From Candidatus Hydrogenedentota bacterium (lineage in GTDB: Bacteria > Hydrogenedentota > Hydrogenedentia > Hydrogenedentales > SLHB01): 64,000 nt of DNA. Every line of letters starts with the position of its first letter. Position 1 is the stretch's first letter. Positions 50,848 through 61,635 of this stretch are shown here, piece after piece. The stretch covers positions 1 to 64,000 of the forward strand of contig BTVY01000042.1 in assembly GCA_045863335.1 (NCBI GenBank), in the 5' to 3' direction. The position numbers and the translations under genes were made by a program. A model generated the notes under the pieces. That model had not been told where the DNA came from. It made no database searches and was given only the letters and a program-made list of their open reading frames with translations.

Positions 50848-51963
50848 GTGGAACTTGGGTTTGCATTCGAATGGCGACACCTTCCGTGGTGGGCTGCTTT
50901 GGCGGCCGCCGCAATTGGCCTGGTGTATCTTGCCCTTCGCCTGCTGGAGAGGCGCAGGCATGCGCGCGTGCAACGCGTGGTCGATGCCAAACTCGCGCCA
51001 CGGCTGCTGCCCGGGTATGACGCCCGAATACGCCGCCCCCTGACGTGGCTGACCATGTTTGGGTGCGTGTGTCTCGCCCTGACTTTCGCGCAGCCCCATT
51101 GGGGGCAGTCCTGGCAGGAAGTGCGCCGGGCGAGCCGCGATATTGTAATTCTCCTCGATACGTCGGAAAGCATGCGCGCGGCCAATCCTTTGCCCGACCG
51201 CATGGAGCGGGCCAAGCAAAAGATCATGACGTTGCTCGATCGTGCTCCGGGCGATCGGTTCGCCTTGATTGCCTTTTCCGGCGCGGCGGCGCTCCAATGT
51301 CCGCTCACGCTGGACCACGGGTACTTCAAATCCGTTCTTAACACCATCGATACAAACACGATCAGCGAAGAGGGAACGGACATCGCCTCCGCAATCGACG
51401 CCGCGGTAGAACTTTTCAAGAAGGAGGACGAAAGCACGGGGCGAAGCGGCAAGGCGTCGCGCGCGATGTTGCTTATCTCGGACGGCGAACAGGGTGATGA
51501 GATTCCCGGCGACCCCGTGGAGGCGGCAGAGGCTGCCAGTGACTACGGCCGCGTTTTTGTCATCGGCGTTGGCGACCCCGAAGGCACGGAAGTGAAGCTG
51601 CCGGATTGGATGGGGCGATATGTAACGGTCATGGACGGAGACAAGCCGCACCTGTCCATGCTCGACGAGGATCTGCTTTCGCGTATCGCGATTGCCGGTA
51701 ATGGCGCGTATACCCGGTCGCGCATCGACTCATGGGATATCGAACAGTTGTTCGAGCGGTTTGAAGTGCTTTCCGCGCGCGATATGGAGAGTGATGTGCG
51801 GCTGCGTCTGGTGAACCGGTATCAGTGGCCGCTCGCGCTTGCGATTCTCGCGTTTGCCGCGGAAGGTCTTTGGCTTGTGCTCATGCCGTGGTTCCGGTTG
51901 TGGCGCTTGCGCCGGGCCGGGCAGGCGCAGCGCGCGAACGAGGCGGAGGAAGAGTATGCGTAA
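50848..51963 (+). CDS. batB: VWA domain protein BatB
   Basis: AQPHWG, DTSESM, CPLTLD, LISDGE, NRYQWPL. Confidence 0.9.
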   Translation: MELGFAFEWRHLPWWAALAAAAIGLVYLALRLLERRRHARVQRVVDAKLAPRLLPGYDARIRRPLTWLTMFGCVCLALTFAQPHWGQSWQEVRRASRDIVILLDTSESMRAANPLPDRMERAKQKIMTLLDRAPGDRFALIAFSGAAALQCPLTLDHGYFKSVLNTIDTNTISEEGTDIASAIDAAVELFKKEDESTGRSGKASRAMLLISDGEQGDEIPGDPVEAAEAASDYGRVFVIGVGDPEGTEVKLPDWMGRYVTVMDGDKPHLSMLDEDLLSRIAIAGNGAYTRSRIDSWDIEQLFERFEVLSARDMESDVRLRLVNRYQWPLALAILAFAAEGLWLVLMPWFRLWRLRRAGQAQRANEAEEEYA

Positions 51964-52894
51964 TGCCACCGCCATAGTCCTGCTTTGCGCGCTCGCTTCA
52001 GCCAGTCACGCGGATTCCTTCCGGGAAAAGCTCAACGCGGCGAACGCGCTACTTCGTGGCGGGGATGTGCAGGCGGCGTTGGACGGATACCGCGACCTGC
52101 GCGTCGACGATCCGGAGTCCCCCGAGTTGCTCTACAACCTGGGTTGTGCGAGGTATCAGGAGGCCCTTCAAGATCTCCAAGGGGCATTGAAAAGCGCCGA
52201 GGAGAATCCCTTTGCGGAAGCGCATGCGACCTTCGAGAAGGCGCAGGCGTTGGGGGGTGGCGCGCTTCGGGAAGATGCCGCGTTCAACAAGGCGAATTGC
52301 CTGGCCCAATTTGCACGATACCTATCGCCCGATGACGTCGGGCAAGATGAGATCATCGATGCGTATCAACAATCGATTGCCGCGTACGAGGATGTCTTGC
52401 GCCAGTATCCCGATCATGCGGGCGCCCGGAAGAACCTCGATCACATGCGATATACCCTGAAAAAGATGCTCCAGAATCCGCCTCCGCCGCCCGACGAGAA
52501 TCAGGGGAAGGGAGAGAACGAACCCCAGGAAGAGCAGAAGCAGGAAGAGCAGCCACCGGACCCGTCGACGGAGCAGCAACCGGGCGAGCAGGAGCAACCG
52601 CAGCAAGCGCAGCAAGACTCCGAGTCTGAGGATGAATCGCAACAGCAAGAACAGCCTGAGCCCGAGGAGTCCGAGGAGAACCAGGATCCCGAAGAACAGA
52701 TGCAGAACGCGGCAGAGCCGGACGAACAAGAGGAAGAAGAGCAGCGCGAGGCGCGAGCCGTGGAAGCCGGGGATCTCCCCGATCGCCAGACCATCGAAGC
52801 GTTGCTTCAATCGCTGGAGGATCGCGATCAGATGGAGCAGCAGTCCGAACGCCGGGAGCCGCGCCAGACTCGAATCCGGCGGGAGTGGTGGTAA
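51956..52894 (+). CDS. batC: TPR protein BatC-like with Q/E-rich linker
   Basis: YNLG, FNKAN, ARKNL, acidic Q-rich tract, terminal EWW. Confidence 0.8.
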   Translation: MRNATAIVLLCALASASHADSFREKLNAANALLRGGDVQAALDGYRDLRVDDPESPELLYNLGCARYQEALQDLQGALKSAEENPFAEAHATFEKAQALGGGALREDAAFNKANCLAQFARYLSPDDVGQDEIIDAYQQSIAAYEDVLRQYPDHAGARKNLDHMRYTLKKMLQNPPPPPDENQGKGENEPQEEQKQEEQPPDPSTEQQPGEQEQPQQAQQDSESEDESQQQEQPEPEESEENQDPEEQMQNAAEPDEQEEEEQREARAVEAGDLPDRQTIEALLQSLEDRDQMEQQSERREPRQTRIRREWW

Positions 52895-54639
52895 TGCGCG
52901 GCATTTTCGCTCTAGCGTTCGGCTTGATTCTAGCGTCTGCCGCGCACGCGCAGGGTACGGTCACGGTCAGTGTCGATCGGGACACCGTGGTCCAGGGCGA
53001 GGTGTTCCGGATTACGGTCCAGGCCAGTGGCGAGCGCATCGGCGAGCCGGAACTTCCGGAGATCGAGGGATTGCAGATCGATCCGGACCCGGTTTACCGC
53101 AGTCTGCAGACGAGCATTGTGAATGGTCAGATGTCGGCCAATAAGCTGCGCGGATACAACGCGGTGGCCCTCCAGGCGGGCACGGTAACCATCCCGCCTA
53201 TTGGCGTGCAAATCGCCGATCAAATTGTTCTGAGCCAGCCGGTAACGTTGACCGTGCTCCCGGAACGTCATGGCGCGTCGAACCGGCGCGGGGGTGGGTC
53301 AGGAGGTGCGATCTCACTTGAGGACGTCTTGCAGTTGACCGTCGACCTCGAAAAGCGGGAGGCGTACCAGGGCGAGCCGATCCTCGTGACTTTTACACTT
53401 TGGGCCATGGGGGGGTCCCAGGTGCGTCAAATCGAGTCCGAGTTTCCGGACACGACGGGTTTTTATGCCATCCCGCGGGAACCGGAACAGATGGATCGAG
53501 GAGTGGATACGGTTCGGGATGGCCGGCAGTTCACGGCGGTCCATTGGGAGCAGACGATCTATCCGACCAAGACGGGGGAACTGGAGATCGGCCCCTGGAT
53601 CTGGCACGGCGTGCTGGTTCCGCCGAACACAATGCGCGCCCGCAATATGGATCTCATCACCGATCCGGTGCGCATCTCCGTGAAACCACTGCCGGAACCG
53701 CCCGCAGGTTTTGTGGGCGCGGTGGGCCAATTCGACGTGTCCGTTCGCAAGCCTTCGGCGAACCCGATCCGCGGAGTCCCATTCGATCTCGCGGTGACGA
53801 TCTCCGGGAATGGGAATCCCGATGGCATTCAAGCGCCGCCGCTTCCCGAAGTGGAGTGGGCGTATATCGCCGAACCGCGGCGCGAACCGGGACGCGATCC
53901 GCGCAACGGCAGGGAACGAGTGGAGCGAACGTTTGTCTACTCCATAACGCCCATGGAAGAGGGCGCCCGGGAAATGCCGGGGATCGAGTTCTGCTATTTC
54001 GATCCGGAACTCGAGGACTATACCGTTGCCAAGACGGACTCCCTCGAGTGGATGATTCGCCCCTCCACGGAGCCCGATCCCAAGATCGTCGTCGATGGCG
54101 GTGCGATGCAGGACTCTGGCGTGGAGGTTTTGGGCAAGGATATCCTGCCGATCATTACCAACCCGGGACCGCTGCGACGACGCACCGCCCTGGTGTGGGT
54201 GGTACCGCCTGCGGTCGTGATCCCGGCGCTGGCCTACGGTGGACTGGCGTTGTTCGTCCGCCACCGCCGGCGATTGGCCGGCGATACCGGATTCGCACGG
54301 GCGCACCGGGCGACGCGTCTGGCCCAACGCCGGCTCGCCGGGATTCACGAGCTTCCCGATCCGGTGGACGGACTCTATCGTGCTCTCGTAGGTTACATAG
54401 CGGACGTGTTCAACGTTCAGGAATCTGGTTTGACGTCAGCGGATATTGACGTTCTGCTGAAAGGGCGGCAGGTCGATGCCGAAACCGCGGGCTCGATGAT
54501 TCGCATCCTCAAGACCTGCGAACGCGCGCGCTACGGCTCCACACCCCTCTCTGATGACGAATTGAACGCGTTGGTTCATGGCGCGCTGCATGGGATGGAA
54601 CGACTCGACACCGCACGCGCTAACGGAGGTATGGGATGA
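52894..54639 (+). CDS. batD: BatD family protein
   Basis: VSVDRDTV, YQGEP, VKPLP...FVGAVGQF, ISGNGN. Confidence 0.88.
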   Translation: MRGIFALAFGLILASAAHAQGTVTVSVDRDTVVQGEVFRITVQASGERIGEPELPEIEGLQIDPDPVYRSLQTSIVNGQMSANKLRGYNAVALQAGTVTIPPIGVQIADQIVLSQPVTLTVLPERHGASNRRGGGSGGAISLEDVLQLTVDLEKREAYQGEPILVTFTLWAMGGSQVRQIESEFPDTTGFYAIPREPEQMDRGVDTVRDGRQFTAVHWEQTIYPTKTGELEIGPWIWHGVLVPPNTMRARNMDLITDPVRISVKPLPEPPAGFVGAVGQFDVSVRKPSANPIRGVPFDLAVTISGNGNPDGIQAPPLPEVEWAYIAEPRREPGRDPRNGRERVERTFVYSITPMEEGAREMPGIEFCYFDPELEDYTVAKTDSLEWMIRPSTEPDPKIVVDGGAMQDSGVEVLGKDILPIITNPGPLRRRTALVWVVPPAVVIPALAYGGLALFVRHRRRLAGDTGFARAHRATRLAQRRLAGIHELPDPVDGLYRALVGYIADVFNVQESGLTSADIDVLLKGRQVDAETAGSMIRILKTCERARYGSTPLSDDELNALVHGALHGMERLDTARANGGMG

Positions 54640-55409
54640 CCGTGCTGGCGATTGTGAGCCTGATCCACGGAGCGACTGTTTTCAACAGTGCCTTCGATCG
54701 CGCGAACGCCGCGTATCTTGAAGACGACTTTCAGACGGCCATCAAGGGGTATGAGCAACTCGTGTCGGACGGTGTGGCCGATGCCGACCTTTTCTACAAC
54801 CTGGGCAACGCGTATTACCGTGCGGGCCGGCTGGGCCCCGCCATCGCCAATTACGAGCGGGCGCTGCATTTGCGGCCAGACTTCGAGTCGGCAGATCGCA
54901 ACCTCGCTCAATGCCTTGGAGAAACGCAACGTCAACTGAGCGCTCCGTTGCCGCCGCCCTGGCAACAGGCGCTGCTTTTCTGGCATTCCGGATTGACGCC
55001 CAAGGCGTCGCTCGTGGTCGCGCTCGCGTGCTGGATACTGGTATGGGCGCTGCTGGCAATCCGGTTGAAATGGCGGCGTCCATATCTTCGGCGGGCGGCT
55101 GTAGTTTCCGCAGTCTTGGCGGTGATGTTTGGTCTGTCGTCTTGGGTCAAGGAGCATCCGCCATTGCTCGCAGTGGCCAACAACGACAATGTGCCCGTGC
55201 GCTACGGGATTGGCCCCGACGAAACGCTGCGTTTTGAATTGTTTGCCGGCGATCGGGTGGTCGTAGAAAGACGCGCCGATGGTTGGTTTCGCGTCGCCAC
55301 CGCCGGGGGGGAACGCGGATGGGTTGAAGAGGATGAACTGACCCTTGTCGGGCCGCCGTATCCGCGTCCAGCAGACGAGTCGGCGGATAGAGAGGAAGGT
55401 CGTTCGTGA
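54636..55409 (+). CDS. batE: TPR + SH3 protein BatE
   Basis: YNLGNAYYRAG.LG.AIANYERA; C-terminal GW.RV...GERGWV. Confidence 0.85.
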   Translation: MTVLAIVSLIHGATVFNSAFDRANAAYLEDDFQTAIKGYEQLVSDGVADADLFYNLGNAYYRAGRLGPAIANYERALHLRPDFESADRNLAQCLGETQRQLSAPLPPPWQQALLFWHSGLTPKASLVVALACWILVWALLAIRLKWRRPYLRRAAVVSAVLAVMFGLSSWVKEHPPLLAVANNDNVPVRYGIGPDETLRFELFAGDRVVVERRADGWFRVATAGGERGWVEEDELTLVGPPYPRPADESADREEGRS

Positions 55410-58093
55410 CCGTCTCATTTGATGTAATGGTCGATCAGGCTCGTTCGGGGCTCACGCAGGGCGAGGCGCTCGAGCGGAACACGTGCCTTCGCGCAACGCG
55501 GCAATACGCGGTCGAACGGCGTACGGCCATTCGTCAGCGGCATGACGACGCGGCATCGGGCAGCGACGTGGTGCACATGATGTCGAGCGCGGCGGACGAG
55601 ATCGTGCGCGGCGTGTTTCAATTTGCGGCGAACTCCCTGTCCACGAGGCGCTCCATCACCACCCGCGTCGCGCTGTGTGCGCTGGGCGGCTACGGGCGCG
55701 GGGAACTCAGCCCCTACTCCGACCTCGACGTTTGCCTGCTCTACGAAGGTCCCCTCGATGAACCAATCCGCGCGCTGAACAGTTACATTATCCCTTTTCT
55801 CTGGGATAGCGGATTCGCGGTCGGCTACTCGATCCACAGCGTGCGTGAAGCCGTCGAGCTTGCCGAGAGCGATATCCAGGCGTTTACACGATTTCTCGAA
55901 GGCCGCCTCCTGGCCGGCGAAAGCACCGTCTACGCGCGGCTCAAGCTGAGCATTCGCGAACTCAAGTCGGGCGCCATGGCGGGACGGTTCATCGAATCCA
56001 AGGTCCACGACCGGTATGAGGGGCTTTCTTCTGAGCATCGGGATCTCTTTGATTCCGAACCAAACGTCAAAGAAAGCGCCGGCGGCCTGCGCGACTTTCA
56101 CACGGCGCTTTGGTTGTTGATGATGTCGCATGACGTCGACACGCTGGACGAAGCGGTTGCGCAGGGAATTATCACACCCGACGAACACCTTGATTTTGTC
56201 GACGGCCTTGATTTCGTCTGGCGAATCCGGAACGAACTGCATTTTCATTGTGGCAAAGCCGAAGACCGGCTCACGTTTGCGTTGCAAGCGCACGTGGCCA
56301 AGGCCTTCGGCTACAAGAACAGCCATCACTTCATGCAGAGTTATTATACGGCAGCGGGAAAGCTGCGCCGGTTTCTGCGAATTGCGGCGCGGGTGTGCAA
56401 CTACGCGCCCTTGGCGAACCTGCCGGACGCGGGGATGCCGGTGGCGCAGGAGTATGCCATTGAGAACGGGGAGCTGTATGTGGGCGCGGGGGACCCGAAC
56501 TGGTTCGCGCACAATCCGGCCCGACTCATGGAAGTGTTCTGGTTGTGCGCGCGTCACCTTGTTCCGCTCAGCCGTCCGTCCGAGGTGTCCGTCGCGGAGA
56601 ACCTTCATCTCGTGAACGACACGTTTCGGGCCAACAACATCGTTCGCCGATTCTTCACGGCTATCTGCAATCGGCCGCTTCAGGCCGGACATGCGCTACG
56701 CCAGGCGGCGAACTGCGGTTTGTTGGGGCGTTATCTTCCCGAGTTCGAGGCGGTGCATGACGTCATTCGTTACGAGGACTTTCATTCATATCCGGTAGGC
56801 GAACACACGCTGCGCGCGATCGAATCGCTTGCGAAGATCGATAACCTCGAAGGCGCGGTAGGGCGCTGCCTTCAAGAAGCGTTAGAGAATCTTTCCGATC
56901 CGTACATTCTGGTCATGACGATCCTTTTCCACGATCTCGGCAAGGTCGAAGGCGACGTGCATACGGAGGCCAGTGTTCGCATCACGCGGGAGATTTGCGC
57001 CCGCACGGGTATTCCGCCGGAAGACGAGGAGCGCATTGCGTTTCTCGTGCAGCACCATACGCTGATGACGAACATCAGCCAGTACCGGGACATTGACGAC
57101 GAAGATATCGTGCGCAGTTTTGCCGACACGATGAAGACGGAATCGCGTCTTCGCGCGCTGTTCTTGCTGTCTTATGCCGACCTGTCGGCAGTGGGCCCGG
57201 CGGTGTGGACCGATTGGAAGGGGGCTCTGCTGTTGCAGCTCTACCTGCGATCGGTCAAGCATTTGCTGGGCCGGGCGGAGACGGTGGGCGAATCGTATTG
57301 GGAGTCGGAAAAGGCGGCTCAAGTGCGCGCGACGGTGCGGCCGGACTTGCAGGCCGAAGTTGAATCCCACCTCCGGGGACTAGGATCGCGGTACTTCATC
57401 GCTTTCGAGTCTGGACAGATCGCCGAGCACCTGGAGTGCGTTGAAGAGGCGCGGCGCACGGGGCTTTCGGTCAAGTGCATCCCGAAAGAATCGCTTGGCA
57501 TGAGCGATGTGGTTATCTGCACAAAAGACCGCCACGGGCTGTTCTCCATGATTGCGGGGTGTTTTTCGTCGCTGCTCATCGATATTAACAACGCAGCTCT
57601 GTTTACGCGGGAAGATGGCATCGTTGTCGATTGTTTCACCGTGGCGGATGCGCGGCGGCTGCGGCCACTCACGTCAGCCCAAGGGGCGAAAGTGGAGCAG
57701 GTACTTCGGTCTATCCTGTTGGGCGACGAAGATGTACAAGTCCTTGTCGACCGGGCCCGGCGCCGTTTGTTTGCATTGCTGCAACCGAAGACGCACATTC
57801 CGACGCGGGTCGAGTTTGACAATGATTCCTCCCGCGGACATACCATTGTGGATATTGAAACTGGTGACCGTACCGGACTCCTCTACGATATTACGCGCGC
57901 TTTGTCGGAACTTGGCCTCGATATCGCGACCGCTCGAATCGTAACCGACGCAAGGCGGGTGCGCGATTCGTTTTACGTGACAAGTACCAATCGAAAAATC
58001 GAAGACGATGCAATACTGGCGACGCTGCGCGATGGGTTGCACCAAGCCATTCATCCGCGTGCCGTAGCCGACACCAAAGGAGAGCATGTATGA
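55406..58093 (+). CDS. glnD: [Protein-PII] uridylyltransferase
   Basis: ALGGYGRGELSPYSDLD, NVKESAGGLRDFH, HD motif FHDLGK, two ACT domains (DRHGLF, DRTGLLY). Confidence 0.96.
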   Translation: MTVSFDVMVDQARSGLTQGEALERNTCLRATRQYAVERRTAIRQRHDDAASGSDVVHMMSSAADEIVRGVFQFAANSLSTRRSITTRVALCALGGYGRGELSPYSDLDVCLLYEGPLDEPIRALNSYIIPFLWDSGFAVGYSIHSVREAVELAESDIQAFTRFLEGRLLAGESTVYARLKLSIRELKSGAMAGRFIESKVHDRYEGLSSEHRDLFDSEPNVKESAGGLRDFHTALWLLMMSHDVDTLDEAVAQGIITPDEHLDFVDGLDFVWRIRNELHFHCGKAEDRLTFALQAHVAKAFGYKNSHHFMQSYYTAAGKLRRFLRIAARVCNYAPLANLPDAGMPVAQEYAIENGELYVGAGDPNWFAHNPARLMEVFWLCARHLVPLSRPSEVSVAENLHLVNDTFRANNIVRRFFTAICNRPLQAGHALRQAANCGLLGRYLPEFEAVHDVIRYEDFHSYPVGEHTLRAIESLAKIDNLEGAVGRCLQEALENLSDPYILVMTILFHDLGKVEGDVHTEASVRITREICARTGIPPEDEERIAFLVQHHTLMTNISQYRDIDDEDIVRSFADTMKTESRLRALFLLSYADLSAVGPAVWTDWKGALLLQLYLRSVKHLLGRAETVGESYWESEKAAQVRATVRPDLQAEVESHLRGLGSRYFIAFESGQIAEHLECVEEARRTGLSVKCIPKESLGMSDVVICTKDRHGLFSMIAGCFSSLLIDINNAALFTREDGIVVDCFTVADARRLRPLTSAQGAKVEQVLRSILLGDEDVQVLVDRARRRLFALLQPKTHIPTRVEFDNDSSRGHTIVDIETGDRTGLLYDITRALSELGLDIATARIVTDARRVRDSFYVTSTNRKIEDDAILATLRDGLHQAIHPRAVADTKGEHV

Positions 58094-59541
58094 GAACCCG
58101 AGGATTTCGAGCACTAATTGTTGTGTCGGCGGCCGTCGGATGGGTGTCGCTGGCGTCGGCGATTAGTCCGATGCTGAAAGAGTTGGAGGACGCGTACATC
58201 CGCATCGGCGAGCAGGTGCGGCCGTCGGTGGTCAACATCGACGCCGAGCAGGAAGCGCCGGAAGGCATGGATGATCCGAGGATGCGGAGCATGGAGGAGT
58301 TGTTTCGCTATTTCAACATTCCCATGCCGGAGGGCCACCCGCCCCGCGGCCGGCAACCGTTGCCGATGGCGTCGGGATCCGGGTTCATTTACGACAATGA
58401 GGGCCATATCATTACGAATAACCACGTCGTCGAGAAGGCCACATCCTTAAAAGTCCGCATTCACACGGGCGAGGTGTTCGACGCGGAGGTGATTGGCACG
58501 GATCCGGATACGGATCTGGCCGTCATCAAGATCGATACTGACAAAGATCTTCCAGTTGCCACGTTGGGCGATTCCGATGACATCAAGGTCGGGCAGTTTG
58601 CCATCGCGCTGGGAAGCCCGCGTGGTCTTGAGGGCTCGCTTTCCTTTGGGCACGTCAGCGCGCTGGGTCGCGACGACTTGCGACTTCCGACGGACATGAG
58701 GTTCCAGAACTTCATTCAGACCGATGCCGCCATCAACCTCGGCAATAGCGGGGGTCCGCTTTGCGATATTGACGGCAAGGTTATCGGTATCAACACGGCG
58801 ATTGTGTTCGGCGCGGAGTCGCTTGGCTTCGCGATCCCGGTAAACACCGCGAAACGGATTGTGCCGCAGCTGATCGAGCAGGGGAAGATCGTTCGCGGAT
58901 TCCTCGGCGTAAGCATTATGGATGTCGAAGATGTTGCCGAGACGTCGGGGTCGTTCACGGTTGCTGAACTGATGGACGTGCTTGGGCTTCCGGACACATC
59001 CGGGGCGTACGTGGAAAGCGCGGCGCCGGATTCTCCCGCGGAGAAGGCTGGTATCAAGAATGACGATGTCATTCGGAAAGTGAACGGCGCGACCGTTCAG
59101 GATTCGAAGGAGCTCGTTCGGCGGATTTCCGACTTTACTCCCGGCACGGAGGTGACGCTGGAGGTTTGGCGCGCCAAGGCGCCCATGGAACTGAAGGTCA
59201 CGCTTTCGGAGTTCCCGGGCCGCACCGCCGCGATGTTGGGCCAGGCGGTGCTGGGGATGCGTGTGCAGCCGCTGACGCCGGAGCTTCGCCAGCAGTTTGG
59301 AATTGGCGAGGACACGAGCGGCCTGCTCGTGGTGGATGTGGAACCGGATTCCCCTGCGGCGGAAGCAGAGATCATCAGCGGGGACATTATCACCGAAGTT
59401 GCCCAGCAGGGTCTCAGCACGGTGGAAGAGCTGAAGAGTCTGATTGCGGAGCACGGAAAGCCGGGCGAGTCGTTGTTGTTGCGAGTCGCGCGGCCGGGCG
59501 AGCGCCCGGTTCCGAAGGTGATCAAGATTCCCACCGAGTGA
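58090..59541 (+). CDS. degP: DegP/HtrA serine protease with two PDZ domains
   Basis: GSGFI, TNNHVV, DLAVIK, QTDAAINLGNSGGPL. Confidence 0.95.
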   Translation: MRTRGFRALIVVSAAVGWVSLASAISPMLKELEDAYIRIGEQVRPSVVNIDAEQEAPEGMDDPRMRSMEELFRYFNIPMPEGHPPRGRQPLPMASGSGFIYDNEGHIITNNHVVEKATSLKVRIHTGEVFDAEVIGTDPDTDLAVIKIDTDKDLPVATLGDSDDIKVGQFAIALGSPRGLEGSLSFGHVSALGRDDLRLPTDMRFQNFIQTDAAINLGNSGGPLCDIDGKVIGINTAIVFGAESLGFAIPVNTAKRIVPQLIEQGKIVRGFLGVSIMDVEDVAETSGSFTVAELMDVLGLPDTSGAYVESAAPDSPAEKAGIKNDDVIRKVNGATVQDSKELVRRISDFTPGTEVTLEVWRAKAPMELKVTLSEFPGRTAAMLGQAVLGMRVQPLTPELRQQFGIGEDTSGLLVVDVEPDSPAAEAEIISGDIITEVAQQGLSTVEELKSLIAEHGKPGESLLLRVARPGERPVPKVIKIPTE

Positions 59542-59702
59542 CGATAACGCAGCCGTAACGCTGTACTGTGTAATAAATCTGTGCCGCCGCGGGCCCGAAG
59601 TGACGGGTTCCGCGGCGGGCCGCGTTTGGGACCGGGGGCGAGAGGGTGTTTTCGATGCCCCGAATGGGGCGGCGTGGTACGATATGCGCGGAGAGAGTCG
59701 AG

Positions 59703-60158
59703 ATGGCAGATACGCTTAACGAAGGACCCTTGGCCGTCGTGCTCGTTCCGCCTCGCGAGCGGGCGCGCGCGGCGGCGGCCGCTGTGGGGGCTCTTGCCCT
59801 TCTCGTTCTTGGGGCCGTACTGGTTCCAGACGGTCGCGGCGTGGGCACCCATGAGCAACTTGGGCTGCCGCCGTGCACGACGTACCGGTTGTTTGGCTTT
59901 CCGTGCCCGTTTTGCGGAATGACAACGGCGTTTGCTCACATGGCCCATGGCCATGCCGTTGAGGCGTTTCAAACGCAACCCGCGGGAGCGTTGGCGTTTG
60001 TCGGGGCGATTGGATACGCGGTGTTCAACACTATCGTAGCGGGCACGGCCCGCGCCCCGGCCATGTTCAAGCGGCGTGCGGTGCGGCGGGCGATGTGGCA
60101 GGTGGGAATCGCCGTTGTCGCTTGCGCGTGGCTGTACAAGATCGCCGTCACGCTGTGA
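59703..60158 (+). CDS. DUF2752 family membrane protein
   Basis: GTHEQLGLPPC....FGFPCPFCGMTTAF. Confidence 0.88.
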   Translation: MADTLNEGPLAVVLVPPRERARAAAAAVGALALLVLGAVLVPDGRGVGTHEQLGLPPCTTYRLFGFPCPFCGMTTAFAHMAHGHAVEAFQTQPAGALAFVGAIGYAVFNTIVAGTARAPAMFKRRAVRRAMWQVGIAVVACAWLYKIAVTL

Positions 60159-60266
60159 GCGGGAGCACCACTTTGGCCGGTTCGGCACGATCCGGGTAAG
60201 AAGCTGGATTCAAAAGGGCATATACCGTATACTCCCGCCGCGCGTGACGAAGAGGTAGTACAGAAC

Positions 60267-61583
60267 ATGACGTTAGAATTCGGCGGCCAGCGGGTTCTCG
60301 TCGTTGACGACGAGACGGCGGTCGCAAAACTTATCGCTCGCGAAGTGCAACGGCGCCTCGGGTGTTCCGTGGAAACCGTGTTCGACGGCGACCAGGCGTT
60401 GCAGGCCTTGAACGAGGGGCCTTTCGACGTGCTGATCACGGATATGATGATGCCGGGATGTCACGGGCTCGAACTTGTGAGCCGCGTCAACCGCGACTTC
60501 CCCGGCACGGACGTGCTGGTGACGACCGCATTCCCCGCCGATTTTCCGTATGTGGAGGTCGTGCGGGCCGGGGCCACGGACTTCATCGAGAAGCCGCACT
60601 CGCCCGAGGAATTGCAGGCCAAGCTTATCCGGATCTTCCGCGAACGCGCGCTTACGTCTGAACTTGCCCGTGAGAAGCGCCAGGCGTTGGAGGACATGGA
60701 AGCCATGTCGCGGTTGCGGGACGCGCGGGCGGCGGCGGAGACGAAGTTTCAGCATCTCTTTGAATACTGCATGAACGGCATGCTCGTGGTGACGCCGTAC
60801 AGTTTCGTGATTCAGGACATGAACCACGCCTTCACCGAGATTTGCGGCCGGGCGCGCGAGGATTTGATTGGCCGCGCGGTTTTTGAGTACTTCGACGACG
60901 TCGAGCGCGAACGGCTGCGTCAGGGGATGGTTCTCGTAACCGACACGGGGAAGGCGATGTTGGGAGACATCATGCTCCAGCGCCCGGATCGGTCCGTCGT
61001 CTGCCTCGACGTAAGCCTGAGTCACATTCCAATTGAAACGGAACCGCTCATTCATTTTGTCTGCCAGGACGTGACCGAGCAGCGGGAACTGCAGCGGCGC
61101 CTCACCGAGATCGCGCAGACGGATCAACTGACCGGACTCTACAATAAACGGAGCTTTGATACCCGCCTCAGTGCGGCTGTCGGCCGCGCCAACAAGGACG
61201 GCTATCCGTTGACGCTCTTGTTTCTGGATATCGACAATTTCAAGCAGTGCAACGACACCCACGGGCATCAAGTGGGGGACGAACTCCTGGCCTCCGTGGG
61301 TCAGCTTATCCAGCGTCATACCCGCACCCGGATGGATTCGGCGTTCCGCTATGGGGGCGACGAGTTTGCGATCATCCTTGCCCAGGCGGATACGACCATT
61401 GGCGGGCGTGTGGCTGAGCGCGTGCGCGCCGAGTTCTGTGCGGGAGATGTTCGCGGCACGTCCCTCAGTATTGGAATCGGCGCGTTTACGCCCGGAATGA
61501 AGGCTGCCGAACTGCTCCGCATCGCCGATCATGCCCTGTATCGCGCCAAGCAGTCCGGGAAGAATCAGATCTGCATCAAATGA
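60267..61583 (+). CDS. Diguanylate cyclase (REC-PAS-GGDEF)
   Basis: LVVDD/TDMMMPG/KP receiver; PAS; DQLTGLYN, DIDNFK, RYGGDEF. Confidence 0.95.
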   Translation: MTLEFGGQRVLVVDDETAVAKLIAREVQRRLGCSVETVFDGDQALQALNEGPFDVLITDMMMPGCHGLELVSRVNRDFPGTDVLVTTAFPADFPYVEVVRAGATDFIEKPHSPEELQAKLIRIFRERALTSELAREKRQALEDMEAMSRLRDARAAAETKFQHLFEYCMNGMLVVTPYSFVIQDMNHAFTEICGRAREDLIGRAVFEYFDDVERERLRQGMVLVTDTGKAMLGDIMLQRPDRSVVCLDVSLSHIPIETEPLIHFVCQDVTEQRELQRRLTEIAQTDQLTGLYNKRSFDTRLSAAVGRANKDGYPLTLLFLDIDNFKQCNDTHGHQVGDELLASVGQLIQRHTRTRMDSAFRYGGDEFAIILAQADTTIGGRVAERVRAEFCAGDVRGTSLSIGIGAFTPGMKAAELLRIADHALYRAKQSGKNQICIK

Positions 61584-61635
61584 AGGATCGAGCGCGGACC
61601 CCGGATCGGCGAAGGGGGAACGGCGTGCCAACGTG

